Source: an uncultured virus (IMG/VR IMGVR_UViG_3300032320_000771)
Lineage: Duplodnaviria > Heunggongvirae > Uroviricota > Caudoviricetes
Strand: one strand, 5' to 3'
DNA length: 64,000 nt
Virus record (IMG/VR): IMGVR_UViG_3300032320_000771
The first letter of the stretch is position 1, and every line of letters starts with the position of its first letter. A program made the translations under genes and the position numbers. Shown one piece after another: positions 54,673 to 63,688 of this stretch. Below the pieces are notes generated by a model that ran no database searches, was not told the origin of the DNA, and was given only the letters and a program-made list of their open reading frames with translations.

Positions 54673-55238
54673 AGTTCAAATTCATTATAGTTTTCTAATT
54701 GTTTTTTGTTAAGATAATCTACATAAAGTTTTCCTGTATATAATTTATCTATTCTTGCTTTTGGTAAAACTTGCAAATAAATATTCCAATTTTCTGTATA
54801 TGCTTTTGCTACCGCTCTTTTAAATTCTCTGCATGCTGTAAAACCCCAAAACTCTCTATTCTTCATTTTGTGTTTAGGTGCATAGTTTGAAAAAAATATT
54901 TTAGCAAGTTTACCATCTGTTTCCCAGTTTTTATTTGTTACCTCAACTCCATACTTATTAGATTTATAATAATCAATATTATTCTTACTGTATTGACATG
55001 TTCCAATAAATATCCAACCTACCTGCTCTGGTAATAATACTCCATCTCTTGTATCAATAACTGTCTGATATAAAATTTGATTAAACCTTTTAATAATTTT
55101 TCTCAAATCTTTATCATCCATATGTTTATACTTTGGATGTTTCTTTTTAAAACTTTCAAAGAACTCTTTGTTCATTGTTGTATGCACGTCAGGTCTATAC
55201 CTGGGAGCAGTAAGGTCTGGCTTTTTAAATTCCTTCAT
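54669..55238 (-). CDS. HU/IHF-like DNA-binding protein (189 aa)
   Basis: Basic; helix followed by DGVLLPEQVGWIFI and a C-terminal F.ACREFKR, as in crAss IHF-like proteins found beside the tail tubular genes. Confidence 0.55.
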   Translation of the reverse strand: MKEFKKPDLTAPRYRPDVHTTMNKEFFESFKKKHPKYKHMDDKDLRKIIKRFNQILYQTVIDTRDGVLLPEQVGWIFIGTCQYSKNNIDYYKSNKYGVEVTNKNWETDGKLAKIFFSNYAPKHKMKNREFWGFTACREFKRAVAKAYTENWNIYLQVLPKARIDKLYTGKLYVDYLNKKQLENYNEFEL

Positions 55239-55250
55239 ACTATACTAATT

Positions 55251-55260
55251 AATATACTAA
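55251..55260 (-). promoter_or_regulatory. putative phage late promoter motif TTAGTATATT
   Basis: 12 nt upstream of the ATG at 55238, just downstream of a terminator; partial second copy at 55240-55248. Confidence 0.6.
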
Positions 55261-55289
55261 AAATAAATGACTTTAACAAATATAGGAAT

Positions 55290-55320
55290 AAAAGCAAAAC
55301 CCCCGCAAGTGCAGGGGTTC
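55290..55320 (-). terminator. Rho-independent terminator
   Basis: Minus strand AACCCCTGC-ACTT-GCGGGGGTT followed by TTGCTTTT, downstream of the 81 aa gene. Confidence 0.75.
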
Positions 55321-55362
55321 TACCAGTTGTTACAGAAACCAACAAACTGCAACTTTATATTG

Positions 55363-55608
55363 TTAGCAGAAATAAGCAACAATTAATTGTAATGCTTCTG
55401 CCATATTTGTATTAGTAGGAACAACAACAGTTTGCCCACAAAGAATTGGATCTCCTGTATATACCACACACTCTGCATCAAATACTTCTGAGCAAGTTAA
55501 AGGTGATGGGCATCCAGCTGGAGTTGGACATGGTGCAGGTGATACCAAAGCATTGTCTGAACATCCACATTTTCTACATCCGCAAGTTGTACAAGTATTA
55601 TGAGCCAT
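55363..55608 (-). CDS. small Cys-rich virion protein (81 aa)
   Basis: CTTCGCRKCGC N-terminus; CVVYTG..ILC...MAEALQLIVAYFC resembles the N-terminus of the 568 aa neighbour. Confidence 0.7.
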   Translation of the reverse strand: MAHNTCTTCGCRKCGCSDNALVSPAPCPTPAGCPSPLTCSEVFDAECVVYTGDPILCGQTVVVPTNTNMAEALQLIVAYFC

Positions 55609-55619
55609 AGTTTAATTTA

Positions 55620-57326
55620 TTAAGGACAAACAATTGGTGTTGGTATATTAGTAGTACAAGGATCAATATATGCAACTAGTCCGTCAAGTTGAATTCTAAA
55701 CCCACCAACTTGTTGTTCATTATTTGCATTACATGTAAAAGGATATGTTAATGTTGCATCATATTCTAAATCAAGACCAATTGTACCGGCTCCAGTATTA
55801 CTGTTTACATTAGTATTAGCATTATCAAATTTAGGTACATTGTCTCCTGAAATTACATGAGAAACAATATAATTTAAATGAGATGTGTTAAATGCACCAG
55901 TTCCAGAAAAAGCATTTTGCTCAGCATTTTTTGGAAGAGATATTGTTAACAATTTACTTTGACTAATTGAAATATTAAATAATCCAGAAAGTATTGTACT
56001 TGTTGCCGGAGAAGCATCAATTTGAACTGGTCTAGTACCAACTAAAAAGTTAGTGGAATATGCATTATCAAACTGTTCACCAACTGCCATTATAGAAGTT
56101 GGTATAACTGAGTTACCTTGATTAAATGTAATAGATCCTGCAGTTGACATAACTACTGATCCTGCTCCAACAGATGCTGGCGTAGCAGTAGTTGAAAGAT
56201 AATATGTATCAACAGCTGGAGCAAAGCCGTAGTTCCAACCTAAAGCATTACCACCTCCATCATCAATAGGAATAACAAGAAGACCTCTAAAGTGTACAAC
56301 ATTACCAATTCTTCTTGCTTGTGGTACAACTGTTGATCCTGTAGTTCCTGAGTAATATCCAAAACCATCTAAGTCTACCCAACCAGTATCTAAAAGTTTT
56401 GCAGAGAAAGTATGTGCTGGACCACTAGATACAGTTAATTGTATTGTTGATGTGGTATCTCCAGTAAAGGTTAATAATGTAAGGTATTGATAAATATCAC
56501 AAACAGTAATCCATAAATTGTTAATTGCATCTGCTACAGTAGTTGGGGTATTCACCCAACTTCCTAAATACTCAGTTGCAAAAGGTACAGGAGGATTAGT
56601 TAGTGTTGATGATGTATTTGCTATACATTGACTTAATACAGCACTTGCAATAGCTGATGGTAAACCCGTTGATGTTAATAATGCACAATAACCATATGTG
56701 TTATCATTTACTAATGCATTGAGTACAATATCAATTGTATATGTGTTTCCTGCAATCACTGTTGGATTAGACAACGTACAATCAACAACAATTGATGGGG
56801 TAGTAAATGATGGAGCTGGTGCACTTTCTAATGCTGTAACTCTAATATTTAAACTATTAAGCTGGTTATTTATAAGAGTTATTTGATCAACAATAGAACA
56901 AATTCTAGACCCCATTGCTTGTGCATACTCAGCAATAGTCATTACTGTAGTTGTACCTATAATAAAGCAAGGTGCTACTGTAACAAGAGTATCTGCAGTA
57001 GTTGATCTTGTTGTTCCATTTGTAGTTGGTGTTGCTACTTCTGCTGCATTCACTGCTTCAAGATCACAGATTCTTCCAATTAAAAATTGAATTAACTCCT
57101 GAATATTTTGAGGCTTACAACTTGCTAAGTCAAAACAAGATAAGTCATAACCATTAACATCTAAAAGATCCATAATATTGCAAAGCTCTGTTGCAAGTTT
57201 ATAGATTACATCAGATACTGTATCCCCTGTACATAGTTTAATACATGGAATATCCGGTCCCTGCCAAATAACACAATTACTTGATATTGGGCTACATGGG
57301 CTATTATCTAAATTTAATGGTTTCAT
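55620..57326 (-). CDS. putative tail fibre/spike-like protein (568 aa)
   Basis: Cys-rich N-terminal repeats, short coiled coil (INNQLNSLNIRVTALE), and a DTGWV...RRIGNVVHFRG fibre-tip-type C-terminal domain. Confidence 0.6.
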   Translation of the reverse strand: MKPLNLDNSPCSPISSNCVIWQGPDIPCIKLCTGDTVSDVIYKLATELCNIMDLLDVNGYDLSCFDLASCKPQNIQELIQFLIGRICDLEAVNAAEVATPTTNGTTRSTTADTLVTVAPCFIIGTTTVMTIAEYAQAMGSRICSIVDQITLINNQLNSLNIRVTALESAPAPSFTTPSIVVDCTLSNPTVIAGNTYTIDIVLNALVNDNTYGYCALLTSTGLPSAIASAVLSQCIANTSSTLTNPPVPFATEYLGSWVNTPTTVADAINNLWITVCDIYQYLTLLTFTGDTTSTIQLTVSSGPAHTFSAKLLDTGWVDLDGFGYYSGTTGSTVVPQARRIGNVVHFRGLLVIPIDDGGGNALGWNYGFAPAVDTYYLSTTATPASVGAGSVVMSTAGSITFNQGNSVIPTSIMAVGEQFDNAYSTNFLVGTRPVQIDASPATSTILSGLFNISISQSKLLTISLPKNAEQNAFSGTGAFNTSHLNYIVSHVISGDNVPKFDNANTNVNSNTGAGTIGLDLEYDATLTYPFTCNANNEQQVGGFRIQLDGLVAYIDPCTTNIPTPIVCP

Positions 57327-57333
57327 ATATTAT

Positions 57334-57343
57334 AATATACTAA
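57334..57343 (-). promoter_or_regulatory. putative phage late promoter motif TTAGTATATT
   Basis: 7 nt upstream of the ATG at 57326, followed by ATAATAT. Confidence 0.55.
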
Positions 57344-57346
57344 TTA

Positions 57347-59563
57347 TTATTGAGAATTACAAGGAATAAGTGGAGTGCATCCACAAGATGCATTGCCACA
57401 TGATGGTGTGTTTGGACAACATGGGTTTACTACTGTACATTCATAGTCTGGATCTCTTAGTGCATCTAAGTCTATTAGTTCCTTTTTGATTAACCACTTA
57501 TCATTTTCATCTGGGCAGCAATCTGATATACCATATCTTAAATAGAGTACTTGCTTATAATATACATCTGCAGATCTACAAGATATTTTTTCATACTTTG
57601 CTATAGTACATGCCGGTGTATTATATCCTGGTTGAACACTTCTTCTTGGATAAATAACCGGTGGACAATCCCAAATATTAGGTGTAGTTTCTGTACAATT
57701 ACCAAATGTTTCTATATAATCTGTTTCAGGATAATACTGTGCCCATGTACGTATACAAAATCTTTCTGATGTTTCTCCTGATGTAAGTATAAATGTTTGT
57801 ACTACAAGTTCACAATCATAGTATTCATATTCTTTACTTGTAGTGCTATCATTTCTGACTGTTGTACAAATACAAGGGAATGTTAATAAACATTCTTCAC
57901 AATCCTCATATTCTACATCTGGAATTACTATTCCTGCATTTGTAGCTAATGGTGTTGTAGTTACGGTCCAACAAGTTTCAGGACAATATTTAATTTTAAT
58001 TGTAGAACCTACATATTGACTAAGATCAGTATAGGTAATAATTGGATCTTTATATCCTGTACAATCTGTAAGTAAGTAATAATCTCTAGCGCACTCTATA
58101 CAATTTACATATGCTACATCTACAGTTATAGGTACATCAGATGGTATATCTTCTATTTCTTCTATATACCAGCAACCTGGACAATCTAATCTAGTAATTA
58201 CTTGACCAACATATGCACTTAAATCTGTACTAGTATAAACTATTAATGTTTCATTATCACAATTAATTAATTTATATTTTGGTGCATTTAGGCATGTAGG
58301 GCAATCTTCATATGATTGTAATACAACAACATCTATTGCACAATCACATTCTGCAGTATCTGTAATTTCCCAACAAGTACCAGGATAATTTTCTAATACT
58401 ACAACTTGACCTAAAATTGCAAATGGACTTAATGAAGGTTTAGTAGCATATATTGGATCTAAGATTCCAGCACAGTCAGTTAAAACAAAACACTCTGGCG
58501 GACAGTCCCATTCTCCAGTAGTTAAATCATTTTCACATGGACCACTACTAGTTATTACAGGAATAGTTCCTGGAATAGGTCCTGAAATTACTGGATATAC
58601 TTGTGAACATATTTGTATTTGCGGAAGATTTAGCGGTGTATTATCAATCTCTCCTGTTTCACAATTAAGATAAAATACAGCTTTAGCTTCTCCTATAATG
58701 GTATAACAAGTACATTCACAATTACAGTCTTGACTAATTACTTCTACTTCTACAGCATCTGCACAAGATCCTGTTGTAGTTAATTGAACATAAAAACAAC
58801 CTAATGAAGGTTCTCCAATTAAACTTACTTCTACAAACTCACCAACATAAGTACTAAGATCAGTGTATGTATTGAATGGTGGAATAGTTCCATCACAAGA
58901 ATATAATCTATAACATGGAACCTCACAACCTGGGCATATTGCAGTGTCATTGCAATCTACTGCTTCTGTGTAATTAGCAGTGCTATTTGCAGGAACATCT
59001 GGAAGATTACCAAAGAATGTTGGATCTTGAGTGGTTCCATTAGATACTGTATAACAAGTATTTGTTTCTAATCCTTGATAGTTTGGTCCTGTATATAAGT
59101 ATGTACCTGGAGCTATGCTAACAAATGCAGTTTTTCCAGGACCAAATGAAAGAACTTCTTGTGTACAGCAATTAGTAAACTCATAATATCTAAAGTCTAT
59201 TAGACATGGTTCAGCTGCATTAAATTCTATTTCTGCACTAGTACAAAGAAATACATTTGAAGGATCTGTATCATCATAAAATGAAGCACTTACTATACAA
59301 CCATTAACACCATTTGATATCAAACCTGTTATTGTGTAAGGTATAGTAACAACTGCTACATCTGGAAATGGTCCAGTTGCTACATATGGACTTGATCCAC
59401 CACCACTACATGTAGTTCCAAATACAACATAGCCATCTGTTCCAGAATTAGTTTGTCCTGGCGGATCTACAATTGATATTTGACCAGTAATAGAATATAA
59501 TCCAGTAAGTGGATCACATTCTGATACTACTGCCGTAAATGAACCTGGAACAACTACACACAT
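57347..59563 (-). CDS. very Cys-rich acidic beta-repeat structural protein (738 aa)
   Basis: About 58 Cys by manual count; four ~70 aa repeats of the form Y.L..C.....T.TDLS.YVG......CW. Confidence 0.75.
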   Translation of the reverse strand: MCVVVPGSFTAVVSECDPLTGLYSITGQISIVDPPGQTNSGTDGYVVFGTTCSGGGSSPYVATGPFPDVAVVTIPYTITGLISNGVNGCIVSASFYDDTDPSNVFLCTSAEIEFNAAEPCLIDFRYYEFTNCCTQEVLSFGPGKTAFVSIAPGTYLYTGPNYQGLETNTCYTVSNGTTQDPTFFGNLPDVPANSTANYTEAVDCNDTAICPGCEVPCYRLYSCDGTIPPFNTYTDLSTYVGEFVEVSLIGEPSLGCFYVQLTTTGSCADAVEVEVISQDCNCECTCYTIIGEAKAVFYLNCETGEIDNTPLNLPQIQICSQVYPVISGPIPGTIPVITSSGPCENDLTTGEWDCPPECFVLTDCAGILDPIYATKPSLSPFAILGQVVVLENYPGTCWEITDTAECDCAIDVVVLQSYEDCPTCLNAPKYKLINCDNETLIVYTSTDLSAYVGQVITRLDCPGCWYIEEIEDIPSDVPITVDVAYVNCIECARDYYLLTDCTGYKDPIITYTDLSQYVGSTIKIKYCPETCWTVTTTPLATNAGIVIPDVEYEDCEECLLTFPCICTTVRNDSTTSKEYEYYDCELVVQTFILTSGETSERFCIRTWAQYYPETDYIETFGNCTETTPNIWDCPPVIYPRRSVQPGYNTPACTIAKYEKISCRSADVYYKQVLYLRYGISDCCPDENDKWLIKKELIDLDALRDPDYECTVVNPCCPNTPSCGNASCGCTPLIPCNSQ

Positions 59564-59712
59564 TATTTATTTGTATTTTCTTTATTCTTATTAGTTTTTA
59601 ATTGTGCTTCATACTTTTTTAAACAGTTAGAACAAACTTGTTGTCCATTAGATGCTGTTCTTTTCTGACATCCACAAGATAGTTTTGCTTTACAATTTCC
59701 ACATGCTGACAT
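59563..59712 (-). CDS. 49 aa Cys-rich (CxxC-CxC-CxxC) putative zinc-binding protein, absent from the ORF track
   Basis: MSACGNCKAKLSCGCQKRTASNGQQVCSNCLKKYEAQLKTNKNKENTNK*. Fills the gap and its TAA overlaps the next ATG (TAATG). Confidence 0.8.
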   Translation of the reverse strand: MSACGNCKAKLSCGCQKRTASNGQQVCSNCLKKYEAQLKTNKNKENTNK

Positions 59713-59733
59713 AATTATTGGTTTTTATTTGGT

Positions 59734-60303
59734 TTAACAATTTCTACATTCCATTTTATTCAAAAGTTTAACGGCATAGTTGTATAAGCTCATACCTTTC
59801 TGTGGCTCAAGACAAAACTCTACCTTAGACTTTGCTGCTTGAAGATACATAAAAATTAATCTAAGTTCTTCCAATCTTTGTTGGATTTTAAATGGAGGCT
59901 CACATGCTGCAACATCTATATCACAAAGAATTTTATAATATTTATTTAGAGCACTTGTTACTCTTAAATGATTATACTCTACATATACTGTCTCATTAGG
60001 AGACACACTGTATTTTATAATATATATACCGTCTGGTAAATTAAAATAAGTTGTTCCGCAATTTGAAGTTTGCAATTGCAAATCACATGCAGTTAAAGTT
60101 ATGTGACCTGTATTAACAAAATTTGTCATAGCAGTTCCTTCAATCTGATTAGAATAACCAAATCCAGGTACTGTAACATTTAGTGTAGGGCATACTATTG
60201 GAATAGCAGGATCTGCTGTCTGGTATACGCTTGTGTCAAGTATCTTAAGAATACATTCATTCATTACTTGAGGCACCTCTAAACTTAATACATGATTTGC
60301 CAT
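59734..60303 (-). CDS. putative tail hub/structural protein (189 aa)
   Basis: D.SVY and LPDGIY.IKYSV motifs typical of crAss-like structural proteins (recall). Confidence 0.55.
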   Translation of the reverse strand: MANHVLSLEVPQVMNECILKILDTSVYQTADPAIPIVCPTLNVTVPGFGYSNQIEGTAMTNFVNTGHITLTACDLQLQTSNCGTTYFNLPDGIYIIKYSVSPNETVYVEYNHLRVTSALNKYYKILCDIDVAACEPPFKIQQRLEELRLIFMYLQAAKSKVEFCLEPQKGMSLYNYAVKLLNKMECRNC

Positions 60304-60318
60304 ATAACTTTCTTTTAT

Positions 60319-60356
60319 AAAAAAGGGAGAGGAGTATAAACTCTCTCTCCCCCTTT
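60319..60356 (-). terminator. Rho-independent terminator
   Basis: Minus strand GGGAGAG(A)GAG-TTTATA-CTC-CTCTCCC followed by TTTTTT, after the 557 aa gene. Confidence 0.8.
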
Positions 60357-60379
60357 ATTTATTTATTAACCCTTAATTC

Positions 60380-62053
60380 TTAGATTCCGCACTGAGCTGG
60401 GATAGCTGGGAATGCAACTGCTGTACAAGTAGATAAACAGTTAAATCCATTTGCACCAACTTCAATTTCACAAACTCCACAATTATTTAACCAATCTTCT
60501 GTAGCATTAACAAATGCAGTACCACTAACTGTACTAGTAAATACTACTTGCAATAAGTACTGATCATTATCAAATGTACCAGAAGGATTATTGAATCTTG
60601 GAACACTGTGTTGTAAGAAAACATTATAGTAAAGTGCTTGTCTGTTAATAGCATTTACAATTTGGTTACCTTGAGTAATTTCCCGGATTCTGAAGTCAGA
60701 AGAGAAGAAGTTTTGTCTGTAAGACTCAGAAAGAACAACATCTCTTAGAATAGTTTCTCCTAGACCCATTGCTTGAGATCCTAAACACTCATTAACAACA
60801 CAAAGACCTGTAAACTCACATGGATCACCATTTAAATCTACTTCACTTGGATATAAATTAACTGGTTGTTTCTCATAGAAGTCAGAAAGTTGGAAAGTAC
60901 AATCTCCAAATCTAGTATCTACATAAGCACCATTCAAAATTAAACCAGCACAAGCACCAGTTGTGTGACCTGGAGATACATAGTTATTCCAAGTATCAGC
61001 ACCTTCAGTAGCTAAGAAAGTAGGATTTGTTCCTGGAGCATACCAGATAACACCTGCTTCATCTTGAATAGCAATTTGGAAGAATGGAGATACAATTGGA
61101 GAATTTAATAAATCATTAGCCCAAAGGATCATAACTTCAGTAGAATCTACTGGAGTTGGAGCAATAGCTCCTGCTGGACAACATCCTGTATAAGCAGTAG
61201 CAGTATAGTATGCATTGTGATTTAAGAATCTTAGAGCAGGAGAACCTTTAACATCCAAACGAAGATTATAAGTCTCACCACATAAAAATTCTTTACAGCA
61301 GTTTGTTCCAGGGATAACTGGATCAATTGCAGGGGTTACAGTTGCAATAGTATATACTGCAAGAGTTCCTGGTACACCTGTACTCCAATCATTGATTGTT
61401 ACAGTATCACCAACTTCATAACCTTTTCCTAAAGATGCAATTCCTGTTACAGTAGGTACACCTAGAGCAACAGTAATAAACAATGTAAGACCTGTACCAG
61501 TACCAGTTACTGTTGTTGTTTCAGCAACTTGTGCTGTAGCAGTATTAGAATATCCAACACCTGGAGTTGTAATAGATCCGGTTAATACACCACCACCTAA
61601 ACTTGCATATGTAGAACCAACGTGTACTACATTATTACTAGGAGTACATGGATCTACATCATAAAATCTAGATACATATCTAGGATTAACAACTTTAGAT
61701 TTGTTAGTCTCTTGATAACCACCTAAGAAAGGACTAATTTTATCTCTACAATAGATAGCAGAACCTGCAAGATAAAGAGGACAACACTCAGTTGCTGTAC
61801 TAGGTACAACAGATAAATTAGTTCTAGGATCAAACCAACCAACATAGTTGTTTTCAAGATTACCATGTAATGTTGTTGCCGCAACTGCTAATTGATTTAA
61901 AGCATAAGTTGGACGACCAGCAGTTACTAAAAATCCACCAGTTGCACTAGCATTACCTAGAGCTCCACCTTGAGGATCTGTGATTGCAACGGGACCAATA
62001 GTGTCACCACTTGCTAAAAACGTTTTTCTAAACGCGTGATTAAAATAAGCCAT
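60380..62053 (-). CDS. abundant structural protein, probable auxiliary capsid/decoration protein (557 aa)
   Basis: Has its own promoter motif and terminator; beta-rich T/G/A/C composition; internal GxGY-type insert; position after the ring gene as in crAss-like phages. Confidence 0.55.
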   Translation of the reverse strand: MAYFNHAFRKTFLASGDTIGPVAITDPQGGALGNASATGGFLVTAGRPTYALNQLAVAATTLHGNLENNYVGWFDPRTNLSVVPSTATECCPLYLAGSAIYCRDKISPFLGGYQETNKSKVVNPRYVSRFYDVDPCTPSNNVVHVGSTYASLGGGVLTGSITTPGVGYSNTATAQVAETTTVTGTGTGLTLFITVALGVPTVTGIASLGKGYEVGDTVTINDWSTGVPGTLAVYTIATVTPAIDPVIPGTNCCKEFLCGETYNLRLDVKGSPALRFLNHNAYYTATAYTGCCPAGAIAPTPVDSTEVMILWANDLLNSPIVSPFFQIAIQDEAGVIWYAPGTNPTFLATEGADTWNNYVSPGHTTGACAGLILNGAYVDTRFGDCTFQLSDFYEKQPVNLYPSEVDLNGDPCEFTGLCVVNECLGSQAMGLGETILRDVVLSESYRQNFFSSDFRIREITQGNQIVNAINRQALYYNVFLQHSVPRFNNPSGTFDNDQYLLQVVFTSTVSGTAFVNATEDWLNNCGVCEIEVGANGFNCLSTCTAVAFPAIPAQCGI

Positions 62054-62085
62054 TTTTTTAAATTTTAGTTAAACATATATATTAT

Positions 62086-62095
62086 AATATAGTAA
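62086..62095 (-). promoter_or_regulatory. putative phage late promoter motif TTACTATATT (variant)
   Basis: One mismatch to TTAGTATATT, followed by ATAATATAT as at 57334. Confidence 0.55.
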
Positions 62096-62115
62096 AAATA
62101 TCTGTAACTCCAAAA

Positions 62116-62574
62116 TTATTTTAGGAAAAGTAATTTATACTTTCCGGAGTTAATTGTATCTTTTACAGTATCTAATGAATTTACAATTTCAGAGTAAGGC
62201 ATTTTAGCTTGTAGGCTATTAATCATTTGATACATATCTCTAAGGTATGCAATACCTTCTTCTACTGTATTCAATGTTCTTGGAGCTGACTCTTTGTAGT
62301 CTAGTAATTTTTCTGATGCTCCTTGATATCCTTCAGCAAGATCATCTGCATGTCCAGGTAGTGCATCATATAATTCATTAAGTGCTTTATGAGCAGCATA
62401 TGATCCAGCTCCTTTAACTTTTAAGTGAAGTTTATGAATACTAGTTGCAGCATTCATAAGTTCTGATACACAAGCTGCAGTCATTGTATCACAATTAGCT
62501 GATCCAGCAGCAGGTGCGCTTGAATAAGATGCTGATGTCATTGCATCTCTTTTTAACATTCTAGCTTTTTCCAT
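62116..62574 (-). CDS. ferritin/Dps-like protein (DUF5856-type), 152 aa
   Basis: HKLHL...SYAAHKALNELYD....ADDLAEGYQG four-helix-bundle metal-ligand pattern; C-terminal YKL.FLK. Confidence 0.8.
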   Translation of the reverse strand: MEKARMLKRDAMTSASYSSAPAAGSANCDTMTAACVSELMNAATSIHKLHLKVKGAGSYAAHKALNELYDALPGHADDLAEGYQGASEKLLDYKESAPRTLNTVEEGIAYLRDMYQMINSLQAKMPYSEIVNSLDTVKDTINSGKYKLLFLK

Positions 62575-62579
62575 TTTTA

Positions 62580-63281
62580 TTAGTTGTTACGTTCTGCAGT
62601 TTCTTGTTCTCTAGAGTATTGATTTCCAGACTCTATATCTCCAGCTAAAATACTCACTGCTTCATCTATTAGTACTTCTATTATATCATCTTTAAATTCA
62701 CATTCTACATTTACTGTAGATTGAACTCCGGTGTAAGGGTCTGTACAACCTTGAATTTGAATCTTTCTAGGTTGTCTGTAATATGTAAGCTCTACTTCCG
62801 GAACATTAAACTCACCATTTGTATAAATGTTAATCTCATTGTTTATTAAAGTAGCAAATGTTTCAGCCCATTCAAAGCTTGGTTGTTTAAGTTTATCTCT
62901 AAGTAGTATAGATACATTCCCTTCTTCTGCAAGATAGATTACCATTCTTCTTTTATCACAACAATCTCTTTGAGCAAATACATCTACTCTCTTCCATTGA
63001 AGATAATTTCCAGGGATGCTTAAAAATGAATAGTCTCCTTTATCTGTTAAATTAGTTATAGTAGTTTTATTAAGAAGAACTTGTAAGTCATCCTTCCTTC
63101 TGGTAGATTGCTCATCACCTTCCTTAACTACATTAATACCATGAAGTTGTCGTCTGGCCCATTCAACCTGAGCTTTATTAAAAGACTCAACAACTTGCCA
63201 GCAGGTTATGTTATCATAATCCTGACTATCAAGCTTATTAAGCCTTTGCTTCATCTTTATGGTAATAGTGCTATTTAACAT
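62580..63281 (-). CDS. head-tail ring/connector protein (233 aa)
   Basis: NKLDS...FNKAQ N-terminus and LTYYRQP...CEF...EVLIDEAV C-terminus typical of crAss ring proteins (recall). Confidence 0.65.
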   Translation of the reverse strand: MLNSTITIKMKQRLNKLDSQDYDNITCWQVVESFNKAQVEWARRQLHGINVVKEGDEQSTRRKDDLQVLLNKTTITNLTDKGDYSFLSIPGNYLQWKRVDVFAQRDCCDKRRMVIYLAEEGNVSILLRDKLKQPSFEWAETFATLINNEINIYTNGEFNVPEVELTYYRQPRKIQIQGCTDPYTGVQSTVNVECEFKDDIIEVLIDEAVSILAGDIESGNQYSREQETAERNN

Positions 63282-63283
63282 AG

Positions 63284-63634
63284 TTATCTATTTTTAGCCA
63301 TTTTTTTAAATGTTCTAGCAAGAGCTTTTCTTTTAGGAGTACAAGTAGGTTTACTCATTGGAGTACAGTATCCTTTATGTTTAGGGTTAACTGCTTTTTG
63401 AATCCACTTTTTATCAGTAGCCCCACCCTTTTTAGCTTTAAAAAGTGGTTCTTCCTTTAAAGGAGCTTCAATAATTGATGGTTTATTAACACCTCTAAAG
63501 ACACCTTTTATTGTTCTAGTCTCCTTAACTCTTGGAGCTTCATCATATCTTTTTTTAACCACTGTTTTGTAGTTACCATCTGGCGAGTAAAATTTTTGTT
63601 TAGCCTCTTTTGGATTTTTAGGTTTTCCTGCCAT
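63284..63634 (-). CDS. small Lys-rich protein (116 aa) with KKGG and KWIQKA...C-x6-C...ALARTFKKM motifs
   Basis: Highly basic; tightly packed in the operon. Confidence 0.75.
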   Translation of the reverse strand: MAGKPKNPKEAKQKFYSPDGNYKTVVKKRYDEAPRVKETRTIKGVFRGVNKPSIIEAPLKEEPLFKAKKGGATDKKWIQKAVNPKHKGYCTPMSKPTCTPKRKALARTFKKMAKNR

Positions 63635-63637
63635 GAC

Positions 63638-63682
63638 TTATTTTTTTACTACAACTTTTCCTTTATTTCTACAACTACACAT
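63638..63682 (-). CDS. possible 14 aa microprotein MCSCRNKGKVVVKK
   Basis: Fills the 54-nt gap; same AGTCATG start context as the downstream gene. Confidence 0.4.
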   Translation of the reverse strand: MCSCRNKGKVVVKK

Positions 63683-63688
63683 GACTAA

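Noticed and set aside
55077..55415. 112 aa plus-strand ORF across the 55.2-55.4 kb intergenic region
   Set aside because: Overlaps two minus-strand genes, a terminator and a promoter motif; no coding signal.
5320..57769. Numerous 60-170 aa plus-strand ORFs, the minus-strand ORF at 24-296, and short alternative-frame minus-strand ORFs (20546, 30358, 31315, 44610)
   Set aside because: They lie antisense to or inside long well-formed genes, have S/L/F-rich shadow composition and carry no motifs.
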